A program made the translations under genes and the position numbers. 64,000 bases of DNA, taken from contig CAKZLE010000035.1 of NCBI GenBank assembly GCA_937125225.1, forward strand, positions 76,705 through 140,704, read 5' to 3'. Within the stretch, counting starts at the first letter, position 1. Each line of letters starts with the position of its first letter. Below, in pieces: positions 50,956-60,171 of this stretch. The DNA comes from an uncultured Spirochaetia bacterium (lineage in GTDB: Bacteria; Spirochaetota; Spirochaetia; CAKZLE01). Under the pieces are notes generated by a model. The model searched no databases. It was not told the origin of the DNA and saw only the letters and a list, made by a program, of their open reading frames with translations.

Positions 50956-52392
50956 ATGGCAAACAAGCTCAAAGATTTTTTCACTGTTATTGTTAGTGCT
51001 GTGATTATAGGAACATTAGCCTATACTGCTGTATACCTATATCAGTTTTACCGGATATATGAGGGGTTCGCAAATGTGCCCCTAGAGACTTATAAGGATC
51101 TTCTTTTTAAAATAGCACCCATATTCATTGGTGCTTTTCTCATAATGGCTTTGATTGTTTCCTCTAAAGAGAAAACTAAGGGTGTTACCAAACCTATATC
51201 AGTATCCCAAAAGCAGTTAAAAAACTCGAATTTCTATTCACTAGACCTTCCCGTAGAGGCAGAGAAAGAGGATATTAAACTAGAAGACATCGAAGAGCCC
51301 CCACGAAGAAGCGAAATCCCTGAATCTGGAGAAGAAAAAGTTTTCAGCTTCAAGACTTCAAAGGTTTTTACTGAACAACCACCCGTGTTGGAGAGGACTC
51401 CCATTATTGAGCCAGTTACAAAAACTGAAGAACCCATGACAGATGATTCTTCTTTAGATATGAGAAAGATTTTTTCAGAGGATCTCTCATCTGATGAACT
51501 TGATTTCCTTAATAGAGACACTCCTGAACCAATAACCCCAATTTTTGAACAGCCTCAAGTAGTACAACAACCTTTTGCCAATACTACCATGGGCCAACCC
51601 TGCTCAGGAAATCAAAATATTCAATATATTCCAGTTTATGCTCAACCCATGGTATACCAACAAGGCATGCCTATTTACCAAAATCCCTACTATACAAATC
51701 AACAGCTACCCCCAGGTATGATGTATTCTCAGAATCCTGATATGCAAAATCCTGAAGTAGTCACACCTCCTGTACATCAACATACAAATCCAATCCCTAA
51801 AACAGATACAGAACCGATTACTCAAATTTCTCCAGAGCCTAAAAGTAAAGAACCATTAGGCGAAAACGATTTATCAAATTCTTCAGAAAATGGGCAAATC
51901 AATAAGATGTATGTACCACCAGTTGATACACCATTCAATGAGAGAAATGATTTTTATGAAAGACTTCAGCAAGAAGTTGAATATTCGAACAAAAAGAAAT
52001 ATGAGGTCTCCCTCATTCTTCTTAATCTTGAACCTAAAAGATTTGATAATGATTTCCAGGTTTTTGACGATGCAGTAAAAAAGTTTTTTGATGAATCAGC
52101 CTTTATCTTTGAATATGTACAAGATAATACTTTTGCAATAATTTTACCTTTCTTCTCATTTTTTGAGACTCAGAAGGAATTGATAAATCTGTATGATTTT
52201 CTCAAGAAGGAATTGCTACAGAGATCTACCTCTTTCAGAGCAGGCTTCACGAGTAAGTTCAATAGATATGTTGATTCTGAGACGATCTTATATGAGACAG
52301 AGGTGGCATTCAAGAAAGCTATTCAGGATGAGGATTTCTGTATTCTTGGTTTCGAACCTGATGTCAACAAATATGAACAGTATTATACATAG
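50956..52392 (+). CDS. Membrane protein with a P/Q-rich linker and a degenerate GGDEF-like C-terminal domain
   Basis: Two N-terminal TM helices and a Pro/Gln/Tyr-rich low-complexity middle. The C-terminal ~150 aa align to a GGDEF fold: ...VSLILLNLEPKRFDNDF... matches the metal-binding D-x-D-h-F-K-x-x-N-D block, and ...AFIFEYVQDNTFAIILP... the R-Y-G-G-E-E-F block. The GG[DE]EF signature is replaced by VQDNTF. Confidence 0.5.
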   Translation: MANKLKDFFTVIVSAVIIGTLAYTAVYLYQFYRIYEGFANVPLETYKDLLFKIAPIFIGAFLIMALIVSSKEKTKGVTKPISVSQKQLKNSNFYSLDLPVEAEKEDIKLEDIEEPPRRSEIPESGEEKVFSFKTSKVFTEQPPVLERTPIIEPVTKTEEPMTDDSSLDMRKIFSEDLSSDELDFLNRDTPEPITPIFEQPQVVQQPFANTTMGQPCSGNQNIQYIPVYAQPMVYQQGMPIYQNPYYTNQQLPPGMMYSQNPDMQNPEVVTPPVHQHTNPIPKTDTEPITQISPEPKSKEPLGENDLSNSSENGQINKMYVPPVDTPFNERNDFYERLQQEVEYSNKKKYEVSLILLNLEPKRFDNDFQVFDDAVKKFFDESAFIFEYVQDNTFAIILPFFSFFETQKELINLYDFLKKELLQRSTSFRAGFTSKFNRYVDSETILYETEVAFKKAIQDEDFCILGFEPDVNKYEQYYT

Positions 52393-53309
52393 GGTATTTC
52401 AATCTTCTTGAGATCTCTACAGAGAATGGTATCAGGAAAGACCTCTTTAGCATCATCAAGTAGTTTATAGAGTTCTCTATCTGTATATCTGGGGCTGAAG
52501 TGTATCAGTCCCATTCTCTTGATGTTTCCAGCATCCTTAGCAATCTGTGCAGCCTGTAGCGCTGTAAGGTGTCGCTTCTCTTTTGCGGTATCTTCCAAAC
52601 CCTTCTCGAACATTCCCTCACATACAAGAAAATCCGCTCCAGAAACATGGCCAGCGATAGATTCAATATATTGAGTATCAGTCACATAGGAAAACTTTCT
52701 ACCAGCCCTTTTATCGCCCATAACCTCATCGGGTTTTATGGTACAACCATTATCTAGTGTGATGGAATTACCTGCTTGTAGTTTCGCCCACAGTGGACCA
52801 ACGGGAATCTTTAATTCAATAGCTTTTTCCGGGTGGAATTTTCCGGGTCTATCATGTTCAATAATGTTATAGCCATAACAGGGCTTTGTATGTTTAAGTT
52901 TAAATACCTCAACATAAAAGTCCTCTTCTTCACAGATTATACCACCCTCTTCTACTGCATGGAAAATGATCTCATAGTTGATATACATATCAAGGATCTT
53001 TCTGTTTGCCTCTATATACTTTTCCAGTTTAGCAGGTCCATAGATATGCAACGGATCCTCTCGATCAACTTGTGACGATAGCATAAGTAGTCCAGGAAGT
53101 CCTGTGACGTGATCTGCATGCATGTGGCTGATGAAGATTCGGGAAATCTTCTTCCATTTGAGGTTTAAACGTTTAAGAGCAACCTGAGTACCCTCTCCAC
53201 AATCAAAAAGCATCAATTCTCCCTCTCTTCTTATCAGAACAGAGGTAAGGAATCTATTTGGAAGCGGCATCATACCGCTTGTTCCTAAAATGTACAGTTC
53301 TAAACTCAT
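52383..53309 (-). CDS. rnz: Ribonuclease Z (tRNA 3' endonuclease)
   Basis: MBL fold, ...LYILGTSGMMP... ...LFDCGEGTQ... HxHxDH motif ISHMHADHVTG, ~305 aa. Confidence 0.85.
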   Translation of the reverse strand: MSLELYILGTSGMMPLPNRFLTSVLIRREGELMLFDCGEGTQVALKRLNLKWKKISRIFISHMHADHVTGLPGLLMLSSQVDREDPLHIYGPAKLEKYIEANRKILDMYINYEIIFHAVEEGGIICEEEDFYVEVFKLKHTKPCYGYNIIEHDRPGKFHPEKAIELKIPVGPLWAKLQAGNSITLDNGCTIKPDEVMGDKRAGRKFSYVTDTQYIESIAGHVSGADFLVCEGMFEKGLEDTAKEKRHLTALQAAQIAKDAGNIKRMGLIHFSPRYTDRELYKLLDDAKEVFPDTILCRDLKKIEIPYV

Positions 53310-53322
53310 ATGTTTAATTTCC

Positions 53323-53931
53323 CTAATGTATTATTTTGAGTATTTCTTTGATCTCCATAGTAAGGAAATCTTTTCTCTTATCTAAAATATGCCCGAAAAG
53401 TTTTAGGCACATCCTTGCATCGGCAACAGCTCGATGATGTTCCTCATGGCCAAGACCAAGTGATTCTATCAAGAACTCCAGTGAATATCTACTGGAATCA
53501 AGTAGTTTACGACTGAATTTCAAGGTATCGAATACAGCGATATCGTAGGTAGTCAAAAGCTCCTTAGTCAGAAACTTCTGGAGGAAGGGTATGTCAAACT
53601 CAGCATTGTGTATTACTAAAAGAGATCCAGTAATGACCTTTATGATATCTTCTTTGATTTCACTGATCCTAGGAGCTCCGACTAGCATATCATTATCTAT
53701 TCCGGTGATTCGTGTGATATGCTCTTTAACTAATTGATCTGGCTTTACCAATGATTGATAACTATTTGTGATCGATCTATGTAATGGATCATATTCTGCG
53801 ATGCCTATCTCTATGATCTCATTTGCAGATACATCGAGACCCGTTGTTTCAATATCTAAACCGAGTATTCTTGTCTCAGTCATTTTTTTCTCATCTGTAC
53901 GTAAATCTATAAAATCAAAGAATCCATCCAT
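53323..53931 (-). CDS. DEDDh-family 3'-5' exonuclease (DnaQ/epsilon-like)
   Basis: Exo I ILGLDIETTGLD, Exo II ...LLVIHNAEFDIPFL..., Exo III ...HRAVADARMCLKLF.... Confidence 0.7.
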   Translation of the reverse strand: MDGFFDFIDLRTDEKKMTETRILGLDIETTGLDVSANEIIEIGIAEYDPLHRSITNSYQSLVKPDQLVKEHITRITGIDNDMLVGAPRISEIKEDIIKVITGSLLVIHNAEFDIPFLQKFLTKELLTTYDIAVFDTLKFSRKLLDSSRYSLEFLIESLGLGHEEHHRAVADARMCLKLFGHILDKRKDFLTMEIKEILKIIH

Positions 53932-53956
53932 TTTCAGCTCCTTTCATTTAGATATG

Positions 53957-55198
53957 TTACTCATTAAGCATATGTATCGGCAATATCCTATGTATTCTTT
54001 TTATCGGTATAATAGAAGAAATACCAGCCAATAATGTAGTAAGCAAACCTACAAGGAGGATCTCTTCCCAGTTCAAGACAAAAGGAAGTTCTATAAGATA
54101 AAAATCCAAAGCAGAGAAACCTAATGATTTCAAACCCTGTAAGATGTTGTTCAATTGTGAACTCAAGAATACGCCGATCACTATACCAAAAAGTGACCCA
54201 ATCGCCCCTATTAGAAAAGAAATCAGGGTGAAGGTAGTCTCTATAGTCTTTTTTGGGACTCCAATGGATTTCATTAATCCTATATCTAGATATTTCTCTT
54301 GTATAAGCATGATACAGGTTGAGGAGACATTGAAAGTTGCAATGATGATAATCAAGACCATGATGATATATAGGATCAATTTCGAAGTCTTGAAATTATT
54401 ATATAAAGACCTGTTGAGTTCATCCCAGGTTATGACGTATCCTTGACCACTTAAGGCCTCTTTAATCCTTGAGGGAGATTCTGAGGCTTCTGAAGACACA
54501 AAAACTCCATAATACTCATTCGCATCATCCTTCATTATCCTACGAGCCTGTTCAATATCAACAAAAGAGAGAAATCCATCAAGATCTTGATACCCAGATT
54601 CAATGATTCCGGTAATATGAAATATTGATGGTTTTATCCGAGCTTGCCCCGATTGCTGTGTGACAGTAACTACTGCAATGGTATCTTCTATCCCCACCTC
54701 CAGAGCTTCTGCGATAATAGAAGTTATTATAATGTCTGCAGAATCAAAGATATTAAGATCTCCAGCTATAAGCTCAACCTCACTGGAAAACCTTTCTGAA
54801 AGAATATAATCCTTTGAGACCCCTTTTACATTGGTTGTATAGGAACCATTTTCTGAGTAGAAAAGACAGAATGTCTCTCTGACTGGAAATACCTCTTCAA
54901 TGATAGACTCAATCTCTCCATTATCTTGGGAAGAAAAGGATTGTACTTGTGCATGAAAACTCGATAAGGTGATATACTTACCGGTTATCCCAGCTGTCAT
55001 ACTGTTTGCAAGGAATATTGCAATGATAAGGGGTATAACTGAACAGGCTATCACAATGATAGATGATATAATATGCTTTCTTTTACCTTTTTTCCCTGGG
55101 GTACGAATACCGAGTATCCTTGTTGCCCATAAGAATGAACCTTCAAATCTCAATCTAACTGCCCCTCTAATTGACCTGCCGTGAGAGTATAGGAACAA
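53957..55198 (-). CDS. LolC/LolE-family (FtsX-like) ABC transporter permease
   Basis: An N-terminal TM helix, a large periplasmic domain, and a C-terminal FtsX 3-TM bundle (...LILYIIMVLIIIIATFNVSSTCIMLIQEKYLDIGLMKSIG...). Confidence 0.7.
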   Translation of the reverse strand: MFLYSHGRSIRGAVRLRFEGSFLWATRILGIRTPGKKGKRKHIISSIIVIACSVIPLIIAIFLANSMTAGITGKYITLSSFHAQVQSFSSQDNGEIESIIEEVFPVRETFCLFYSENGSYTTNVKGVSKDYILSERFSSEVELIAGDLNIFDSADIIITSIIAEALEVGIEDTIAVVTVTQQSGQARIKPSIFHITGIIESGYQDLDGFLSFVDIEQARRIMKDDANEYYGVFVSSEASESPSRIKEALSGQGYVITWDELNRSLYNNFKTSKLILYIIMVLIIIIATFNVSSTCIMLIQEKYLDIGLMKSIGVPKKTIETTFTLISFLIGAIGSLFGIVIGVFLSSQLNNILQGLKSLGFSALDFYLIELPFVLNWEEILLVGLLTTLLAGISSIIPIKRIHRILPIHMLNE

Positions 55199-55839
55199 GT
55201 TCCCCTACTCGTAATACTTGGATCATGGGTAACCATGATCAGATTTCGATTATAGTGTTCAACAATCTCAAAAAGTAGATCTTCTATCTTACGAGAATTA
55301 AACTCATCAAGATTTCCAGTTGGTTCATCAGCAAGTATAAGAGATGGATTATTGATAAGAGATCGAGCTACTGCAACTCTCTGACGTTCTCCACCTGAAA
55401 CCTTCTTGGGATAATGATTCCTTCTTTGTATCAGTCCTACATGTTCTAAAAGACTCTCAGCCCTATTTAGAGCTTCTCTCTTTCTGATACCATTCATAAT
55501 CGCTGGGAGGGCTATGTTCTCAAGGATTGTAAAATCATCAAGAAGGAAATGAGATTGGAAGATAAAACCAATTTCATCTCTACGATATTTTTCAAGTTCT
55601 GATCCTCTCATATTTTCTACATGTCGTTCATTTAATATGATAGATCCACTATCAAGGGTATCAAGACCACCAATAAGATGGAGGAGCGTACTTTTTCCAC
55701 TTCCGCTCCGACCAAGTATCACAGCAGAGGTTCCCCTATCTAGTGAGAAATCCAGATCCTTTAAAATTTGGAGATTCTCATCCCCGCTCTTATAGCTTTT
55801 ATTTAAAGCTTTAATATGTAGGACGATATTATTATTCAT
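55150..55839 (-). CDS. ABC transporter ATP-binding protein, LolD-like
   Basis: Walker A GRSGSGKST, signature VSGGERQRVAVARSL, Walker B LILADEPTGNLD, H-loop VTHD. Confidence 0.8.
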   Translation of the reverse strand: MNNNIVLHIKALNKSYKSGDENLQILKDLDFSLDRGTSAVILGRSGSGKSTLLHLIGGLDTLDSGSIILNERHVENMRGSELEKYRRDEIGFIFQSHFLLDDFTILENIALPAIMNGIRKREALNRAESLLEHVGLIQRRNHYPKKVSGGERQRVAVARSLINNPSLILADEPTGNLDEFNSRKIEDLLFEIVEHYNRNLIMVTHDPSITSRGTCSYTLTAGQLEGQLD

Positions 55840-57070
55840 ATCTCATGATCTCCAATGGTGGTTTACGAATCAATACTCTTATTGCAGAATATATAGATAA
55901 TAAAAAGATGATCAAGACAATCACCGCTAGAATAACAAGTTCTTTTCTATAGAGAACAATAGGAAGTTCCTGTATGAAGATAGTTATATTTTTCTGAAGG
56001 AGAAATGAGGCAACCTGTTCGATAAGAATAATGATTTCATTGATATGATTGGTACAAAGAAGCCCAAAGATCGTACCAAAGAATATTCCTATAAGAGACA
56101 GAACAAACCCCTGAACCAAGAAGATCCCATAGATTTCAGAGGTTGATGAACCAAGGGATCTTAAAAGTGCTATCTCATCTTTTTTATGAAAAACATATTT
56201 TTCAAAGGATGCCTTAGAATTCATTATAACAACTAGGAAAATGAGAGAAAGCAATACCATCATCCCATACTTCTCTAACATCAACGCAGAATATAGTCCG
56301 TAATTTGCCTGTTTCCAATCTGTGACACTCTTAACACCTTCAAGTTCTAAGAGGTCATCTTGTAGTTTGGATATCGAATTCAATGATGCCTTAATACCTA
56401 TAGAGGGTTGTTGATTGGGAAGGACTTTGCTCAAGGTCTCCTCATTTATAAATATCATCTGAGTATTTATTTCAGAAAAATTACTTGAGAATATTGATGA
56501 AACGGTATTTGAAAAGGTAAGTGGTACATGTTTGACAATCTTTCCTACACCCATCAGAGTGATCGAGATCTCAGAGTCTATTGGAGCCCGAAAAATCCTA
56601 CTCATATACTCACTGATCAAAATCTCTTGTGGGTCAAGTCTAGTCGGTTCCTCTAGAATATTTAGATGTTCTATAAATCCCGTATCTGTGGAAAATGCAG
56701 TATTTTCAATGCCCCTTAGGAGTACCGGATAATATTGATCGTTTCGGTATTCGATAAGGGCATTGGTGTCTAGGAACCTGACAGCAGATTCTACCGAAGA
56801 AAACTGCCTGATACGGTCCTGAACCTGATATATATCAGCATCTTCGCTTAACTCAACCTGGAGATGATAGGATTCAATCTCTCTTAGATCAGATAGGTAA
56901 CCAGATTGAAGACCATTCATGATACCAATTACTATAAAAATCGCTATAAACCCGATAGTAATACCTAATACGGTGAATAAAGCGGAGGTATATCGTTTAT
57001 TCCTCCTACTGAAAAGGAACTTCTTAGCAATATAGATAGACGATCTCAAGGATCGAAAACTATTAATCAT
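55832..57070 (-). CDS. LolC/LolE-family (FtsX-like) ABC transporter permease
   Basis: Same architecture as the other permease, so two permeases flank the ATPase as in lolCDE. Confidence 0.7.
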   Translation of the reverse strand: MINSFRSLRSSIYIAKKFLFSRRNKRYTSALFTVLGITIGFIAIFIVIGIMNGLQSGYLSDLREIESYHLQVELSEDADIYQVQDRIRQFSSVESAVRFLDTNALIEYRNDQYYPVLLRGIENTAFSTDTGFIEHLNILEEPTRLDPQEILISEYMSRIFRAPIDSEISITLMGVGKIVKHVPLTFSNTVSSIFSSNFSEINTQMIFINEETLSKVLPNQQPSIGIKASLNSISKLQDDLLELEGVKSVTDWKQANYGLYSALMLEKYGMMVLLSLIFLVVIMNSKASFEKYVFHKKDEIALLRSLGSSTSEIYGIFLVQGFVLSLIGIFFGTIFGLLCTNHINEIIILIEQVASFLLQKNITIFIQELPIVLYRKELVILAVIVLIIFLLSIYSAIRVLIRKPPLEIMRYE

Positions 57071-58103
57071 TTATCACCTCTATAATCTCATTATCAGATG
57101 AATAGATGATGGTCGCATAGTATATACCGTCAAGATAAACCTTTTCTTTGCGACCATCCTCTTCATAAGTTACTTCTTTATGGAGAAGACCATTATTCAT
57201 GATTCGAATGGTTCTTTGATCAAATTCATTTAAACTGTAGGTATATTTCATGATACCTTCTTCCGTTTGAATTTGTTTTTCATATAATACACCATTTTCA
57301 TCATAGGAGTTAATAAGATGATAGTCTTCAGAAGAGTTCAAAGTTGAATTGAAAACTTCTTCCAGGAGTTTCCCAGATTTTACACTGCTTATTGTTTTCA
57401 ATTGAGTTTTGTAGGTATGATCTACTAAAATCTCGATGTTTGTATCATCTGAAGATTCGAGTATTCTCTCATTTTCAAGAATGCCACTTCTGTAGGTTAA
57501 GGACGTCTGTTTACCATCTTTAATGAGGTTTACCTTGAAAATATCGTTGCTACCGATAGCAAAAGTATTCTGTTCTATTGAAAAGATTAACGTATGATCA
57601 AGTGATTGTTTATGATCAAGGTCTTCTTGATAGACCATAAGTCCTTCAAGACGTCCTTGTGCATTAACAAAGAAAAATGATTTCTTAATAATACCATCTG
57701 ACTCTCTTACGATAGAATAGAGTTGCCCTTTAGAATCATAAAGATAAGTCTCATTCTGATAACTCCCATCAACAAGTTGGCTCATAGTAGAGATTTGATT
57801 ATTTATATGATGCGTCTCAATGAGAAGGTTCCCCTCTCCATCTTTACGATCAATATAGGTATGTACGCCCTCGTTTACTCTTTGTTCAATCCACAAGAGT
57901 TGATTATCGAAGTAAAGGCTTTTTCTTAAAGTATTATTTTCATCAATCTTAACATAATATCCTGATGGGAAAGGAGGGGCTCCCTCTAATTCAAAAAGTT
58001 TTTGCCCTATGGTATTTGACGAATAAAAGTGGACCTCTACAGCATGAATACTTAACGCGATACAAATATACAGTATTATGAGTATTGGCCACTTTCTTAT
58101 CAT
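57063..58103 (-). CDS. Secreted MORN/YwqK-like repeat protein
   Basis: Signal peptide MIRKWPILIILYICIALSIHA, then repeated Y-x-(D/E)-x-x-G-x-L...G...Y units (YLYDSKGQLYSIV, VNAQGRLEGLMVY, YDENGVLYEKQ, YEEDGRKEKVYLDG). Confidence 0.4.
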   Translation of the reverse strand: MIRKWPILIILYICIALSIHAVEVHFYSSNTIGQKLFELEGAPPFPSGYYVKIDENNTLRKSLYFDNQLLWIEQRVNEGVHTYIDRKDGEGNLLIETHHINNQISTMSQLVDGSYQNETYLYDSKGQLYSIVRESDGIIKKSFFFVNAQGRLEGLMVYQEDLDHKQSLDHTLIFSIEQNTFAIGSNDIFKVNLIKDGKQTSLTYRSGILENERILESSDDTNIEILVDHTYKTQLKTISSVKSGKLLEEVFNSTLNSSEDYHLINSYDENGVLYEKQIQTEEGIMKYTYSLNEFDQRTIRIMNNGLLHKEVTYEEDGRKEKVYLDGIYYATIIYSSDNEIIEVIND

Positions 58104-58969
58104 GCCAATCCTAATAATGAATCAATAAAATCGGCTTTATTGAAGGGTCTCAAGTCTCCATATTGTTCTCCTACACCGATATAAGCAATAGGAATATTGA
58201 GTTTCTTTCCGATTTGAACAATACTTCCACCCTTTGCAGCAGAATCATATTTAGTGAGAACTATTGCATCAACATCTACTGATTCATTGAAAAGTTCAGC
58301 CTGTCTTAGCCCATTTTGTCCAGTTGTTGCATCTATGACTAGAATCTTCTTATAGTTCTCTTTTGGTAACTTACTTGCAACGATCTTATCGATCTTTTTG
58401 AGCTCTCTTAGTAGATTTTCCTTCGTATGCATCCTCCCAGCGGTGTCGGCAAGGATAACTTGTTCTTTTCGGGCGATTGCACTATCGATCGTATCAAAGA
58501 TTACCGCACCAGGGTCAGAACCAGGTGATTGTTTCACGATCCTTGTGCCTAGTCTTTCTGCATGAAGTGATAATTGGTCTATCGCAGCAGCTCTGAAGGT
58601 ATCAGCTGCTCCTAAGACTGTAGAAATATTCCTCTGCTGGAATAAATGAGAGATCTTAGCAATCGTAGTAGTCTTCCCTACACCATTGACTCCTAAAACC
58701 AAGAAAATCATCGGTTTATCCTGCGGTTCAATGATAAAATCAATACTCTCTACATATGCGGAGAGTATGGTCTTCATCTCCTGAAGTAAGGTAGTTTTAT
58801 CTAGCTTCTTCTTTTTAGAGATTTCTCTCAGATCCTCAACAAGTTCGAATGTTATCTGAGCACCAAGATCTCCTTCGATCAAAGTATCTTCTAGATCTTC
58901 GAAGAATATCTCGTCGATCTTATTTCTTCTGAATATATTCGTGAGTTTTTTACCAAAGAAATTTTCCAT
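58100..58969 (-). CDS. ftsY: Signal recognition particle receptor FtsY (short form)
   Basis: NG domain with ...IFLVLGVNGVGKTTTIAK..., ...ILADTAGR..., ...LTKYD.... Confidence 0.9.
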   Translation of the reverse strand: MENFFGKKLTNIFRRNKIDEIFFEDLEDTLIEGDLGAQITFELVEDLREISKKKKLDKTTLLQEMKTILSAYVESIDFIIEPQDKPMIFLVLGVNGVGKTTTIAKISHLFQQRNISTVLGAADTFRAAAIDQLSLHAERLGTRIVKQSPGSDPGAVIFDTIDSAIARKEQVILADTAGRMHTKENLLRELKKIDKIVASKLPKENYKKILVIDATTGQNGLRQAELFNESVDVDAIVLTKYDSAAKGGSIVQIGKKLNIPIAYIGVGEQYGDLRPFNKADFIDSLLGLA

Positions 58970-58995
58970 ATCAAGCCCTTTCTATAATAGTTTGT

Positions 58996-60171
58996 TTAAT
59001 AGATCCTATGGTAGTAATCCAAAAGATCGATGATAGAACGAATACCTAGATAAACCGTGGTGGTATTACCAGCAAGCTGTAAGGTCTTCCAGTATCCCTG
59101 ATTGGTAGTATCATACATGAATTTGGAAAAAATTGATATAGGAAGAGTGAGAATCACAGTCCCTAGAGAGTCATAGAAACTCCTCTTTCCTATTGCTATT
59201 TGTTCCTTGAAATCAAGCCAATATGGTCGGAGGTAGATGACCTCCTGAAGGGATGATTCAGACAAGGATTTTCTGAATAATTCAAATCCATCTAAGTCCA
59301 TTTCAATAATATCTGAATATTGGCGATCATACTGATTGGAAAGAATAAAGGGGGTCTCTCCAACATTCTGTGCATTTATCGATAATGTGGCACCTAATGG
59401 CATCGAGGAAATATAGTGCTGCTCTCCATTCAATCCATCTTGTTCTATTTCAATCTCCTGATAATAATCTAGTACAGCAATATTCCTCTTTTCAAGCAAC
59501 ACATCTTCAAGATAGATCGAAACAGCATAAACCCCTTTGGGAAGTACATTGAATATCTCATGAGAGGGTGTGGTGATAACGGTATTATTCAGTTTTAAAG
59601 TTATCTGATGTTTATGGTCATAATCTATATGAAGGATTCCTGTCTCGATATCAGTGAGATCTTCGACTACAGCCTTAAACATCTTGGAAAGTTCATCAAA
59701 TAGATGATTTTTCGTTATAATATTTGAATAGAGTGTATTTCTCGTGAGATCTCGATCTACTTTGATAAGTTCAAAAATAAGAAGATCTTCTATATGATTG
59801 AAACGTCCGTAGACCATCGTATCTAAATTATCTTTATTAAGATAATAGGAAGCAGTTATGTCATTTTCTAAGGTGAAGATCGTTGAATTATCAAAACTTT
59901 TTCCCTCAGAATAATAAGAGACAATACTCGAGGAAGTGAATTCTGTTTGGAACAAAGAGATGAATTCATTTGAGGTAAAAAGAGCTGAAATATTATCATA
60001 TAGTTCAGAATAAACAGAATCAATGATATATTGCTGTTCACCCTCGACACTGATGCTTTCATGTAGTTCTATAGGGAATAGTCCAACATTCAATATTTCA
60101 TCTACTGCAAAGAGACCTGAGGAGAGAGTACAGAACAGGCCTATTGTTAACAGGATTCTTAATCGCTTGAT
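58996..60171 (-). CDS. Hypothetical secreted protein; its signal peptide is only reachable from a non-canonical (ATC) start
   Basis: The ORF track starts at the TTG at 60093 (MNVGLF...). The same frame stays open upstream to 60195 and encodes KRLRILLTIGLFCTLSSGLFA|VDE, a canonical signal peptide. That stretch has no ATG/GTG/TTG; the candidate start is ATC at 60171, with GGAG 6 nt upstream. Confidence 0.45.
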   Translation of the reverse strand: MKRLRILLTIGLFCTLSSGLFAVDEILNVGLFPIELHESISVEGEQQYIIDSVYSELYDNISALFTSNEFISLFQTEFTSSSIVSYYSEGKSFDNSTIFTLENDITASYYLNKDNLDTMVYGRFNHIEDLLIFELIKVDRDLTRNTLYSNIITKNHLFDELSKMFKAVVEDLTDIETGILHIDYDHKHQITLKLNNTVITTPSHEIFNVLPKGVYAVSIYLEDVLLEKRNIAVLDYYQEIEIEQDGLNGEQHYISSMPLGATLSINAQNVGETPFILSNQYDRQYSDIIEMDLDGFELFRKSLSESSLQEVIYLRPYWLDFKEQIAIGKRSFYDSLGTVILTLPISIFSKFMYDTTNQGYWKTLQLAGNTTTVYLGIRSIIDLLDYYHRIY

